Shown: positions 1 to 13,030 of the stretch, piece after piece
Numbering within the stretch: the first letter of the stretch is position 1
Layout: every line of letters begins with the position of its first letter
DNA from: Phoronis australis
Lineage: Eukaryota > Animalia > Phoronida
Reading direction: 5' to 3'
DNA length: 64,000 nucleotides
NCBI GenBank assembly: GCA_002633005.1
Contig: NMRA01000108.1
Location: 291,006-355,005 of the forward strand
Notes under the pieces: model-generated
Database searches by the model: none
What the model was told of the DNA's origin: nothing
Seen by the model: only the letters and a program-made list of their open reading frames with translations
Program-made: the position numbers and the translations under genes

Positions 1-59
1 CACTCATGTTTCAGAATGTTCCAATCTTATTCTGGTTAATTGGGTATTTCAGATTTTGG

Positions 60-575
60 AAGTATAATTGATTTTCTTGGGAAATCTTGGATAACATCTG
101 TATCACTTTCAGCAACTTCAGCTTTAGTACTTCTGTTGGTGCCTTGAAACGTTGCTATGCCGTTCTATGTCCTTTCAATTTTTTGGTCTAACACTTGGTC
201 TTCTAGTCTACAGCACTCAGCAGTATACTGTGTAGGACATGCAGCTGTTTTCACAACAAACGTTTGTGACACCTCTTCTTCTTTTTGATATACTGATCTA
301 AAGAGTTCCACAGTCCATCAGCTTTCGTCAGGAAGCTTTCCTAAGCTTCTTTAGGCTCTGCCATCACAATTTTGTGCTGTTTGATAAACCTTGAATTACA
401 CGAGCATCACACTCTATGGGAGCAGCCATATTGAAGTAACTAAGCACAACAATACAATCTGGCTCTCTGATTGGTCAATTCAGTAGAAAAGCACCTCCAA
501 GTGGCAGGAATGTGCATAATATTTTGTGCAACAAAAACACCTTTTTTAAAAAAAATGTGCAAGTGTAGACGTGGG
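60..575 (-). mobile_element. Decayed Myb/SANT-like ORF, probably from a PIF/Harbinger transposon
   Basis: Minus-strand reading from ATG 429 has stops and frameshifts. It can be pieced into YTAECCRL(K)TKCxTKKxKDIERHSNVS(G)TNRST, resembling the TxEQCxxKxKxLxxxYKxxxDHNxxSG end of Myb/SANT-like domains. AAGTGTAGACGTGG (~561-574) resembles a Harbinger end. Confidence 0.3.
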
Positions 576-1811
576 AACTTTTTGGAATTTGATTTATAGG
601 TATATNCCCCCCCCCCCCCCCAAAGTACTCACAAGGATGAACGCGATGAGATCTGGCCCACCGACTATAATCTACGCGTACTTTTGGTTAACCCACACAT
701 ACTTTTGCTTGATCAACGCGGAAACTGTAGACTAGATTCATAAGATTAGAAACTTTCAGATACTATGCTTTGTGTACTTCTCTCCAAAATGTTGTTAAAA
801 GTTAATTTCAAAATTCTCCACTTTTGCAAAAGGGGCTATCAAAGTATGGCATTTTTATGATGTCCGTGGAAAAAAAATAGAATTGCATAACGCAAAAATA
901 AATGATCTGTTAGAAAACTGTAACAACATTTTGACATCACACTTTGAAATCCGTATGAAATAAAATTTGGTGATTGTATTGTCACGTGTCCCAAGTATTT
1001 ATAGATGGGTACGAAATCAAAAGTAAATTTTACAGGTCTTCAGCTTCTTTGAAGAATGGATTATAGTCTACTGCGCTATAGAAATTTGGCAAAATACGCA
1101 CACTTTTATATCAAAAACACGAAAAAAACAATCCCACCAGTCCATCAACTTTCAAAACTGAACTCTAGCAAACACTATGTGACGATGTGTTATTAAGCTG
1201 AATTCGAGTTACGAGGAGGCCCGTAGGAAGGCAAAAATTATATTGGCGGGCACAAACCAATTCGCCTAAACCAAACTACTCCTGCCCCACCCCCTCCAAC
1301 CACTCCCTCTTCCCCCGTTCTCCAGATGTCGCGACATTTGAACCGACCCCCTCTTCCATGTCCGCCATAGGAGGGGACGTGCAATCCCAACGAAGAAACC
1401 GTCAGGATTTGAGTAACCGTGAACCAACAAGGTCTAGCAGAGTTTTAAAGAATGAGCCTAGGGTCAGCGCAGTGACGGATAGCTGGAGCTACCTCTACTA
1501 TAGCTGAGATCTAACAGTGTGAAAATACGAAATTCGATGAACTACAGCTAGTCGCTGGTCAGCTCAGCTATAATTCACTTGAAACAGGCAGTTTAGCTCG
1601 TACATTTTACCTATCCGTCTGCGCTGGCTCTAAGGTCAAGATTCGTTTTATTATGATCCAGTTTCGGGGAAAGTTCATTTTGTTATGGTCATTCGTTGAA
1701 GGATTTTTTTGAAAAGGTGAGGTCCGAGGTGTAGTGCCTTTGGGGCTGTTTCAAAACTCCTTGTTGAAACACGGCCGGTAGTCCAGTTTCTAGTGGCGGG
1801 GGAAAATGATG

Positions 1812-2060
1812 CAGAGTGTGTCCCAAAAATATACACACTTCAACACATGGAGTTCAAATTCAGTTAACAGGATCACTAAAAATCTGCGCGGGCCTACTGC
1901 ATGGTTGCACTTTATTTTTAACGTGGGTGCGTCAGTCATGACGTGCTATGTCTATGTAGTATGCTCGGGAATCGCAGGAAAACGATTCAGCTCTGAAGAA
2001 CAAAAAATCATTGCACAATACTACTGGAAACTAAGAACATCAAGGAAGTGCAAAGACAAC
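1812..2060 (+). mobile_element. Possible 5' fragment of a Tc1/mariner-type element
   Basis: CAGAGTGTGTCCCAAAA resembles a mariner-type terminus. It is followed by FSSEEQKIIAQYYWK, which resembles a transposase N-terminal helix. No second TIR was found. Confidence 0.25.
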
Positions 2061-2174
2061 CTGTCCAAGTTAACGAGCAATGAGTTTAATTTATTTATTT
2101 ATGGACTTAAACGTCTTTTTCGATCTACGGTTTGTGAATTTAGACCACTAATCTAGTTCCAAAGTCAATAAATA

Positions 2175-2815
2175 TATGCTGTCACTTGAATAGTGAGAAT
2201 ACTTTGTAGAGCTCTCCGACTTTGATCAATATCCTTGAGACTTATTTCAGATAGACAAAAATCGGTTAGTATATTTTGCTATTCGGGGATCTGATGATAG
2301 ATCGAATTTACCCAATGTCAGTCTGCAACTAAGTCCAGTGAAGCATCGCAACTTCTTACAAGATTACCTTCTAATTGTCAAAAAAATCATCTATCAATCA
2401 TTCGATTTTCGTAGATACGTAAACATGCAAATCAGAGACCAACAATCGATTCAATGAGAAATGTGTTTACCTTGATTTAATGACTTAATTCCTGTTTGAT
2501 CCTCTGTTTGTGAGTTTAAACGAAAAAAACGTACCTTAATAAAAAAGCAGTGTTATTATTGTCATTTGAATTGTGAGCATATTTTGTGAAACTGTCCGAA
2601 TTTCATCAATGTCTTTGAGAGTTATTTTAGGCAAAAATTGTCTAAGTGTACTTTACTATTTGGGAATCGGATTATAGAGTTTTCCAACTTCAAAATGCAA
2701 CTAAGTTCACTGAAACATCACCAGTTCTGATAAGATTAGCTTCTGATTGTCAAAAGTAATCTATGATTCTGTCAATTTTCATAGATCCATAAACATCTAA
2801 ATCAGAAACCAACGA
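2175..2815. repeat. Diverged tandem duplication, period about 380 bp
   Basis: gtcacttgaatagtgagaatactttgtaga (2181) aligns with gtcatttgaattgtgagcatattttgtgaa (2561), and similarity continues to aaatcagagaccaac / aaatcagaaaccaac. Confidence 0.75.
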
Positions 2816-3604
2816 TTTTTTTACGAAAACGGAATGTTATTAGCAATTTCCGTAGGCATGCTCGCAAATTTTTGACGGGTAACCTGGCAAACATGGGAGA
2901 CGGGGCATTCGTATTTAGGTGTATTGTTGTTCATTTCAGAGGTTCCTATAATGGTTCACGAGTTACAGTTGAACTCCAAAAAACGATGAAATCTTTTTTA
3001 TGATTGCAAGTACTTTGAGTACCCCCATTCGACATGTACATGGTCATCAAAGATCTTAAGCCCGACAGTCTTTTTCTACATGTGCGAATTCTTTATAAAC
3101 AACTCCTAGTAACGATCTTCAAAAGAAATGCTGTTCATGTGATATTTTGGGAAAAAGTAGCATTATTTTATAACAAACCATCACAAATAGTAGTCTTCAA
3201 TTTCTTCAAAATTGTATTTTTTCGATGGCGGTCAATCCCATTGTATTTTCACATTTTTGGTTGTTTGAGTCGAATGTCTTAATGCAAAATAACCCCTCTG
3301 TCGATTTTAATGAAACCTTTTTAAATGAAAACTTCACCATTTTCCTCAAAATCCCTGTTCGGAATTTTCGGTTAGTCTCTTCGTTTTGTTTCTATGACAA
3401 ATCAACTCGCAAAACGTAAGATATTTGTTGTAAAAAAGAAGTCGTATTCGTTGATGAATAAATATTGAGCTTTGGAAGTTTCAGCAAAATTCACCAAACC
3501 GTTTTTGAGAACTTGTGTTCCTAAGTTCAAATAAAGTCGATTTCCCGATGCCGAGAATAAGCCGATTAAACTGGGACGAGCGAAAGTCTCAAAGTCTTCG
3601 GTTA

Positions 3605-3765
3605 CCGTACTCGTCCGGGTTACCGCCCAGGGCGCTTAAATTGGGAATCTAAAAAACAAGGGGTGGGCAGTAAGCAGAGCATGGGTGCTTAAAAATGACA
3701 AATTGAAATTTCGGGGGTGGGATCAAAGGTAAGCCGAGCAAGGGCGGTAACCCGGACGAGTACGG
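3605..3765. mobile_element. MITE with perfect TIRs and TA flanks (pogo/Tc2-like)
   Basis: TA-CCGTACTCGTCCGGGTTACCGCCC (3603-3628) is the exact reverse complement of GGGCGGTAACCCGGACGAGTACGG-TA (3742-3767). Confidence 0.85.
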
Positions 3766-4399
3766 TAATTATTCGGTGAAAACTTGTTTTCCGTTCAATA
3801 AAACCAAAACATGCCTAAACCATGTGAGCTATTTCAACATTCACTTACAATGTCAACTGAATTTGAAATGCGTAATTAACTTAATTATCATTAAAACGTA
3901 CCTTCCCCAGCCACGAGGTAGGATGAACCGTTGCTGTAGGTCACAGTTTATTGTTATACAGATAGTCCGTACACGTCACGTGCCCGGAGTCTGATAAGAA
4001 ACCAAGCAAGAAATGGATAACAAAAATCGAGTCGGTGGATTAAAGCATGTCGTTAGCATGAGCTCAAAACAGCGGAATGTCAATTTACTTATTGAGTTAA
4101 AGAATTTAGGTGAGGTTTTATCTCTTTTCACAACTTGCTGTAATCATGGCGACAGAGGCGTGAGGCGAATCGTAGCATTCATTCTCAACTGTCGTATGCC
4201 TGTAGACGCACAACTTGATCCCTCAGGATCAAAACTACGTTTTGTCTTTGTTTTCCCCGGCATCGTTCAGTCATAACTACACCTCGTTGGCTCAATATAA
4301 TGGCGACTCGATGAATGAAAGGACTGAGGGTACATAAGCTGCTCTGTGGCTGGCGCCAGGGAGATTCGAATTGAGTGACAGCCTTGTAACCTTTAACCT

Positions 4400-5189
4400 A
4401 TGATAAGTTGTAAACAAATATCCACGCAGTTTTGCGGTTCCACACGGATACAAATACCACATGGCTCTTATTTGTCGTAAGAGCTCATGTGCCAAACGGC
4501 ATTCGGACCGCGGACTCCATACCACCACCGAACTAGCCGTTTACAACATGTAGCTTCAACACCAGAGGGATCAATGACAGCTAACAACTTCCAAATTGTC
4601 TCTCGTGGTATAGTTAAACCATTTGCTATGCTTTTCTGATGCATAAGTCTATAACCGGGCATCTTACCTGAACTTCCGAATTGTTCTTCAACAAAACCAA
4701 CCACTACATCAAACCCAGATATACTTTTACGGCGCCAAAGTCCGACGCCAAAACATGTCGCAATTGCCTTGTGTTTAGTGACACTCCAAAACGACGCATA
4801 CGTGAGTACATTTATTATTTCATTTAGGGTAAGTACTAGCTTGAATAAATCGACAATATGTTTGTTTCGGTCCTCTATTTTAATTTGAAACCGAAGTAGC
4901 AACCTCGATATCACAACTATAGCGATAGAGTTACTGAGTCTATCGACAGAGTTAATAAGTCTATCGATAGAGTTAATAAGTCTATCGATAGAGTTAATAA
5001 GTCCATCGATAGAGTTAATAAGTACATCGATAGAGTTAACAAGTCTATCGATAGAGAAAGCAAGCCTATCGATAGAGTTAATAAGTCTATCTATAAAGAT
5101 AGTAATTCTATCGATAGTGTTAGTAAGTTTATCGATAGAGTTAGCAACGAGAAAAAAATTTGCCGTACCGTCTTTTTACAGCCACCGTA
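4400..5189 (-). mobile_element. Truncated DDE-integrase transposon, IS3EU-like
   Basis: ORF 4468-4914 contains GYRLMHQK...LLAVIDPSGV...RLVRWWYGVRGPNAVWHMSSYDK, matching the GYR..LDP.GV..RRxYxxxGPNxxWHxDxYDKL integrase-core pattern with the first catalytic Asp lost. The element ends at CCACCGTA (TACGG on the minus strand), a TAYGG-type terminus. Confidence 0.6.
4917..5145. repeat. 21-bp tandem array, about 11 copies
   Basis: The unit ATCGATAGAGTTAATAAGTCT repeats head to tail with point variants. Units carry the palindrome CTATCGATAG. Confidence 0.95.
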
Positions 5190-5989
5190 GTTTTTCTTTG
5201 CATGTATACCACTAACATTCTGTGTTGCCCTGTTGCATAGGATTTATAGGTTAATATTTATAACAACGAGGACATTGCAACATATGCCGTCGTTGACGGT
5301 ATGTTCTAGTGAAATTTACGTATGCTACTGTGCGTGGATACTGCGTTAGCATACAAACACGAATACGTGCCTCTGAGACACTGCAGAACAGGCGACATGG
5401 TGTAGACAGATCGATAACTACTCATTGAGATCACTGCAGATAATAAAGATCTGAGAAGTGAAGACTGGCAGGGAGAAGGTAGCCTACTAACTACATTTAG
5501 CTTTGACCCGACCGTGAGAGTAGTTCCGGTGGGTGAGATTGAGATGAAGTCGCGCTGTGAGGTGATGCGATCTTGACATGGATTTGATGAATGTATGGTG
5601 GTTGATAATTAATCAATATACCTATTTGCTATTCTTTTAGAAACGCAAGTACGCACTCGCTTTTACATATTCGAAAAACATGTGGGCACTTTCGCATGCG
5701 CATGAAATCCAAACAACGCGATTCATTACCCGGGGGTTGTTTCGGTATAGTTGCACCTAGAAACCCGAGTCAGAAAGTTTAGGTATTTTCGGAGTAGTGA
5801 ACCTTCGGAATAATGGGCTGTCCCCATTTCCAGCGATGTAAGCAATGAGTAACACGCAAAAATGCAATCTCACGAAAACTTATGTCAAGTCATTATCCAA
5901 CTAAATATTTCCGTCCGAGTATGTAATGAAGTGTAATCACTCATTTGATCACGTCTGATTTGAAAGTTTGGCAGGAGGGAACGCGAGAA

Positions 5990-7620
5990 TGTTCCATTCA
6001 TGGACCACATTACATCCGAATTTAGTCCAGTTCTTTTCGAACAACCGTCACGTACGAATTCCGTCTTATCCTAGGAACATAGCACTGAGAGTCGTCGTTG
6101 CCGTGCATACAAATTTCCCTTCCCCATGATTAAGCAATGTTTTCGGTAATGCCCTTAGGGCTTTACCGAAAACTCTAGTGTTGACGTTTGCAAAATATCA
6201 GAAATTCGAACCACCACCTGCGCATTGGTGGCTACGGGCCTCAGTTCCTCTACTTTCTCATTTTCCTGTTTTTTGTTGTCCGTCTTTCAAATTTGGTTCA
6301 TCGTCGTAGCCGAACGCGTCAGTGTTGCCCCCAGTTTTAGTTTCCCCCAACATTTATCTTCTAGGCGTCAAAGCTCAACTGAAACGCACTGGCTTTGGGT
6401 GCCTTATCATTAAGTTCATTAATAATTCCAGGAGTCATCGACTTATCAACATTTGATGATGATGCTTAATGTTTGGCACGGCGAAGTTTATTTTCGAATC
6501 TAATGAGTGTCCGCCAAATTTCATTCCCATATTCTTGAACGCTCACATGAATCTCAGACTTCTTCCGTGGAAAAGTTTGTATACGATCCCCCAAAAACTT
6601 CACAAGGTCGTGCGAGTACCTTATTGTTACGGTGTTGTCGAGGGTAACAATTCTGGCAGATCTAAAACAGTAAGAGCGCTACATTCTTGTCTAAGGGGAA
6701 CGTGCCATCTGCTATCTTCCTATTAAACTTGTCCCAGGTGTTTGACTTTCCTATTGTTTTCAAAACATTGATCACGCATGGTGTGACATCATATATTTCT
6801 TTTATTGCTCTCCATTCACGTGCTAAGTCTGTCTCTGTATTGCCGCTTACACTACAAAAGTTGACACAGATCAGCTGACAAGGAACGAGATGTTCTAGCA
6901 CAAGTTTGCGTGTAAACAGGACTGACCTGGAGGAAATTGACACCGCGGTGACAACTTTTGCCACCCGTTTGTGAAGTAGAGTAATTTGCTCTCGATCATC
7001 TTGCTCCGTGTCAATTACATGTCTAAACGCGAAACTGGGGCAAAGCGGAAAAGGTCATCTCTACTGCGCTTGTACAATGACTTACATACGGGTTCTCTGT
7101 CTCTGCAACTGCCGCCATTTGTAAACCTGCGCATGTGCGTTCCACTCTCCAACTTCCATCTTGCCACAGTGAGTGGTGTGTGTGAACGGCCGCTTGACAC
7201 CGATCAGTTTGCTCCGTACCAGTTGCGCCGGGCCAAAAGTTGATGTCTAAACGGGACTTAAATCCCTTTCGCACTCTTTTCGATCGGTGTATTCTTCATC
7301 TTTGCCTTCTCGTTCTTCTTTTGACTTCTTCATAAATGGACTCTTGTGATAAAACTCTTTTCTTATAGATATCTTTTGCTTGGACTGGTTTCGCTGCCCT
7401 CCTCCAAAACAATGTTGCGAATGCACCGATATTTTTTTACTCTGAAACATTCCCAGCCGCTGTGTTCATGCAATGTTAGATACCTAATCCTTGATTGCCG
7501 TGATCTACGATGCCGTGGCCAATTACTTCAGAAAAGTGATCTGTGCCAACACTGAAGTAACATCACTTGTAGTTGGTTGATTCGAAAAATTTGTAAAATG
7601 TTTTTACATCGACTTCACTC
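5990..7620 (-). pseudogene. Decayed transposase-like ORF
   Basis: Across frameshifts and stops it reads ...DKNVALLLF / TIRYSHDLVKFLGIVYKLFHGRSLRFM*AFKNMG...INFAVP / PGIINEL...LSFDA*KINVG...NTDAFGYD. This ordered motif series is recalled from repeated, uncharacterised invertebrate transposon-associated proteins. Confidence 0.45.
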
Positions 7621-7922
7621 TGTCCAAAATGGTTAATGACAAGGGCATGATACGTCTTATCTGTGCTCTCACTTTAATACACAATTTGCAAATTCGTCAA
7701 ATCTTTCTCAAGTCACCTATCTTATTATACTTCTCGAGAACTATTGGAAATTATAAAGTTACACTGTCCATTTTGGTTGACTAATTCTTAACCAGCTCAC
7801 TGACGAGTTCGTACAGTTTTTAAAAATCTACTCATGACAAGTCCCTACGGTTGGCTCAGGCGACTCCGTACAGTCGTTTGTCTGACTGCCTAATTTACAC
7901 TTTCCATATCTTTCATTAATCA

Positions 7923-8242
7923 CAGTGGCGGATCTAGGATAACATAAGGGGTGCCCAACATGTTGCCTCGGGGAATTGGTCGAAGCGCAATTGTTATGCA
8001 GGGGCGGCCCGAAAGTTGCGGGTTGGGATGTGCACTTCCTCTTCTTCGCAAAAGCTGTCAGTGGACTGAAAAAAAAAACGGAGAACACGATTTTCCCGCG
8101 GCCTGGGGTGTCTTGAGCAGCCCCCCTCATCCTCTAATCTCTAACGTTCTTACGTACTGAAACCAATATTTTCTCACGCTGCGATTTGTTGCTGTTGCAT
8201 TTTGCTTGCGGCAGCCAAGGGAGGGNCCTAAATCCGCCTATG
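7923..8242. mobile_element. Non-autonomous DNA element with CAGTGGCGGATCTAGG termini
   Basis: Left end CAGTGGCGGATCTAGG; right end CCTAAATCCGCCTATG (imperfect inverted repeat). Related copies start at 13031 and 14107. Confidence 0.65.
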
Positions 8243-8639
8243 AATCAAGCACAGTTTTAGCAGAAACTTTTGCAGCACATGCACATCTTCATAAAATGTT
8301 ACTTACAGTATGAAATGTATTAAATAAACGACATAATGGATCATTTTTATATCAAAATTTCACCGGTATTCCTGATTTTTCACAGCACCACGACTACCGA
8401 GTCGTACTGAGCCGTCATTGCTGGTTACTAACGTGAGATACTTTCAGCGTTTGTCACGACTACCGGTCAGAACAGTTTTTAATTGTATATAAAATCGATT
8501 TCTACATTTTAAAGACAATTTTGTTCGACCGGTGTTCTATTCCTACATCAAATTGCTCATGAAGACGTACTCCCGCGACCAGTCCAAACATGCAGTACAG
8601 GTCCCCACACCGTGAAATATCATGCCTTCAATTTCCTCA

Positions 8640-8965
8640 GACCAACCTATTGTGTTTTATTCATTTATGTACGTGACGTCTAGTACTTTAATTAACTAAT
8701 ATTTGTTATTTATTCAGTAATTATTTTATTCAATCATGCTGTCTTGTACTTTTAGCATATTCTGTTTATTGTTTGCTTATAATATTTATTTTGTTTCATC
8801 AGTTTTTCCATGTCAGTTTCATATACAATGTACATCATTGATCATTTAAATCTTGTCTTTCATTTTTTGTAAGTCTGTTTGTGTGTCATTGTATGATTGA
8901 GGGACCCCATGGACAGCAGCGAAAACTGATGGGTTTACCCTCATTATAAATATCACAATAAATAT
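8640..8965 (+). mobile_element. Possible 3' tail of an L2/CR1-type LINE
   Basis: A T-rich tract is followed by the stem-loop GAGGGACCCCATG...GATGGGTTTACCCTC and then AATAAATA, the usual layout of an L2/CR1 3' end. Confidence 0.35.
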
Positions 8966-10366
8966 CCTCGAGTTGTTGCTTCTGCCACCGCAATTATCGC
9001 TTCTCATTTTGTGCCTGGCGTATTCTGCGCCTTTACAACTCTCACCATGGTATCACTGGATTTCCTCAAAGTCTTACGTTAACAAATGGGAGCAATTTCG
9101 AGGAAAATAATACGATGTCTCGTCTCTCACCCACGAGCAATCCACCATGTTTGCTTTATTAGGAGCACACACGCCCGCTAGACTTCTCTACGGTCCACGA
9201 AACAACAATGTCAGCCAGCTCTAGCTTTGCTACCTTAAACATTGCCACCAGTGATCTAACTGGTAATGTGACTTCTGCTGTTTTAGTGTACAGGCCCACA
9301 CTAATAAAAATTTGTGCTATTATCAGCCACTTCCTTAAGACTGCATCGACCGTCATTTAAATGGATTTCAGGATGGTAATGGGTTTTCAGACCCTTCGTG
9401 ACCATGCCAGTTTCGGTTGTAAGCCAAACTGGTAAAGACAGACCTTTAATCTTCGGGGTAGTCTGCTCATTCGAGTCGATCTTAGGTGTGTTCAGCTTAT
9501 TGCAAAGTCAACCAAATGATTTTGTATTCCGCAAGCACCTTTCGTGTCCGTTTTCCGTAAATCGTTGATAGGTTCCAAACTCAAAGAAAACATCTGTTTT
9601 CTTTCTTTAGCGACAAATTTTGTCGACCAAAATGTAAGTCGATCGTAATGTTTACGATTTCTTGCGTCATAATTGGCTAATAGTAATAGTTTGGTCGACA
9701 TATCGCAACTATGCATTGTATTTTAAATTGATGAACAATGCAAAGTTTGTCTCCTTTTACATCTGTGAGTCTAGATCATGCCTAGTCTAAATTTATCACC
9801 ATAGAACATGTCCTTTCTTCATACATTGTGCATATTTTAGAACTGACCATAAAATAAGCTATACCGAACACAAACAAATAATTTCAGTTAGCTTTACTTT
9901 TATTTAACCAGTCATTTCGTACCTATAACAAGACGTAGACAGCAGTCAAGATGTAAGACAAATATACCAACTGAATGTTGTACGAAGACAAGTAGTTGAA
10001 ACGCCGTATTAAAAGCCTGGTTACATTTGGTGCCATGTCGCTGTTACTACTTGGAGGACAAATGAGCAGCACACCAGCTGTCCAATCACAAATGAAACAG
10101 TGCGCAATCACAGAACGCGAAGAAATTGCAGTGCAACGGTGTGCATCAGCCTAGACGCAACGAAGATGCGGAAGTGCCAGATGGCTACGCCTGTGGACGG
10201 GTTAGTCGCGATGTACAGCAAGCCTAGGAGGACGAATACCGGAATGTTTTCCATGTCATTACGATGGCAACTGGAAGGTAAAAACAAGCTTTGTTACTCG
10301 TGCGGAAATGTTCAGAAACGACGAATTACTCGAAGTTGTGGGATTTGGCTTTTTCTGTAGTTGAAC

Positions 10367-10450
10367 GGGTCCTGACTTTAATCTTTGTACTCAAAATCCA
10401 ATTAGAAGTTTTGTGCAAATTCAAGATAAGTGTCTATTATTCTGTGCACA
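10367..10450. mobile_element. Fragment of the MITE family seen at 58295-58695
   Basis: It shares CAAGATAAGTGTCTATTATTCT and a degenerate terminus with the reverse complement of 58590-58695. Confidence 0.5.
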
Positions 10451-10855
10451 ACGGTTTATGCGCATGAGTGCCTAGTACAAGTTCGCACGTTTGACCCCTA
10501 GATTCGTCAATAGGAATGTTTAGCATGGAGTCATTTTGACGTCATTACGACGTTTTGAACCACGTGACGGCATGTTTATTCTTATTTCCGGATCCAAATA
10601 GCGTTGTCTACTGCCATGACACGTCATCACTAGACCTCCGTATAACATTGTTTTTTATGATTATTGTTATTTTTCAGTATCCACTTTCTTGAGTAGCATA
10701 ACAATTTTAAAAATGTCTTCCAGTGTCTCTCGCATACAGTAACATACACGACATGTGTCAGGATCGCTAACTTTTCAATCGTCACTGAAGAAATATGTCG
10801 TTAGAAAACTCAAAACGAATTACCTCGTGCGGCTATTCACGTGTTTATGCATCAG

Positions 10856-11291
10856 TGCCCGGTTGCATGAAACAGTGTCCCAAATAGGGATTCACCTAAG
10901 TTAACTAAATCTACTGCGTGTTTTTGGACTTGTGAAAACATCGATTACCCTTTCTTGTATTGTTTTAGTTTCATTACTAAGTCAACTTTTGACTTTGATA
11001 CAAATCGAGAGTGAACTCTACTTTAAATTGTCGATATTATCGAAAATAATTAGGGATCTTTTCATGCAACACCCCCAGTTTAAGGACTGAGTCCCTATTT
11101 ATTCTCAATGAACTCTGGGCTCAGTTTTTAGTAATATTATTAGAAAATATCATTAATCAAGGAGGAGCTCATAACAAAGATGAAATGGTAGAGAAATATT
11201 GCATCTGTGTGTCCATAAAGACACAAATACGCAAAAAGATTTAGGGACTTTAGTTGAGTCCCTATTTGTGACTGTTTCATGCAACCGGCCA
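10856..11291. mobile_element. PIF/Harbinger-type MITE in a MAPEG intron
   Basis: TIRs TGCCCGGTTGCATGAAACAGT...AAATAGGGA and TCCCTATTT...ACTGTTTCATGCAACCGGCCA. A 3-bp direct repeat CAG flanks both sides (10853-10855, 11292-11294). Confidence 0.75.
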
Positions 11292-13030
11292 CAGGAGTGA
11301 TATATTATTAAAGGCGCGCATGCGCCGCAGATTCGCGGTGAAGTTAGTGAACTTGCCCACTGAGATTTTGAAGATCGCGTGTTGTACCAATGTGAACGTT
11401 GTATCCATGTTTGTGGAAGTGATTTGTAGAAAATATGAGACTTGTGGAATGGAATGTTATGCAAGTGAACGTAATAAACTGTGTTTATTGAAACACGTTT
11501 CGGTTGCTTTTACATATTTTGTGAGCAATCACTTTCTGTCAAACAGATCTGTGAAATTTTGGGGTCTTGACAGCCAGGTCTTTAGGCAAAGCGTGAGACG
11601 GAAACAGACCCTTAGACTGTGCAGCTACTACAACAAAAAAGGAGGAAATTGGATTTTAGAGGAAAAAAACGTGAAAGATCACAAGATTTAATGAAAACTT
11701 TCATGTTGCTGCAAACTCTGATTTCCTTACCCTTAATAAGTTTCTGTGTTCATTAAGAATTTTGAATTTGTGTAGTTTCTTCGAGTTTAGAGCTTGAAGA
11801 CGCCAAGACTCCTCAGAGAAAACGTTTGTATTTAGAGGAATTGTCTTTACCTTTTGTCGACTTTTTAGAACACTTAACAGAAATTTAAGGGATTCGTGGC
11901 CCTTTCGCCCTCCTCTAAACCCGACACTGGCTAATGTCTTGCAGAGCTTCGTTTGTAAGGGCAGAGGCTATACCTAACCAGTCAGCAAACTGTAAGAACA
12001 CTAGCACCGTAGAACTACAAGACTACGCTACGTGTATACCTGGTATCTGCGCATGGCTTAATTGGCTATTTCTTTGCGTTTTCCGTTCATTCTTAGAATT
12101 ATAATCTAAATGTTAATTTGAACACACGTCAACATGTACCTTTTTGTAACAGATAAGTCAAGCTTCAATATCGTGTTTATTAAAGATTTTTTCTGCGGTT
12201 TTCTCAATTGTTTAGCCTGCATATAAGTGTCCAAGTCTTCACATAGGCACAGCTTCACATTCAAACACTTGAGCCCAAGTACACGCACATGTGGTAGTAA
12301 CGACATTGTTTTTAAATTAACCAAGGCGTTTCAGAAGTACAACAAAGGTGTAAGGCGTGAGTGGGAAATATATCTGGTATGCTATTGCTGACCTTCTTGA
12401 TCTCTCCACGTCTGGATCGTTAACTGATATTTTAGCATTCTTTGAACCAACCGTTTTCACGTCCTCTGGATAGAAAAAGACCTGTAAAAGACGTTTCACG
12501 TGAATTTCAACCTGGGTCGAATTTCGACAGCTATCACCAGTAATGTTCTCTCCGATACTCAAAGGTGAAAACACGAAAATACGGAACAATTCAATGCACA
12601 TTTACACTGTGAAAAGAACAACTACTACGTCTAAGGTTCCATGTGATAAAGGGAACAATGCCTTCTTTCTGTCCTGTTCGTATCTTGATTGTCCACAGAA
12701 AAAGTTTTATTTCAACAGCTGATCGCCACAAAAAATATCTGGCACTTGATTCCATAGGAAAGCGAGATCGCGAGTATAAAAAGACACCGATGTTGTGTTT
12801 TTGTTCACGACAACTTTCAGTCTGTATAAGGATAGTAGTTCTGTGAATTAATCATAAATGGTACAATAAAATAGATGTCCCATTGATTTCAACAAGCTCG
12901 AGGATCTCAAGGCAAAATACTGAGCTTCAACATCTTAAAGTCATGACCTGCAGCAGTGACGAGTAGTTTTCACTATTCTGAAAATCAACTTATCTCGTTT
13001 ACATGGTCATCTTGAAACATTGGCAACATC

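Noticed and set aside
4917-5145. CRISPR-like array
   Set aside because: The units are contiguous with no unique spacers, there are no cas genes, and the context is eukaryotic.
9881-9917. SECIS element for the TGA in MAPEG copy B (AUGA...AA...UGA on the mRNA strand)
   Set aside because: Only about 5 bp can pair where an 11-12 bp helix is required, and it overlaps the AATAAA signal.
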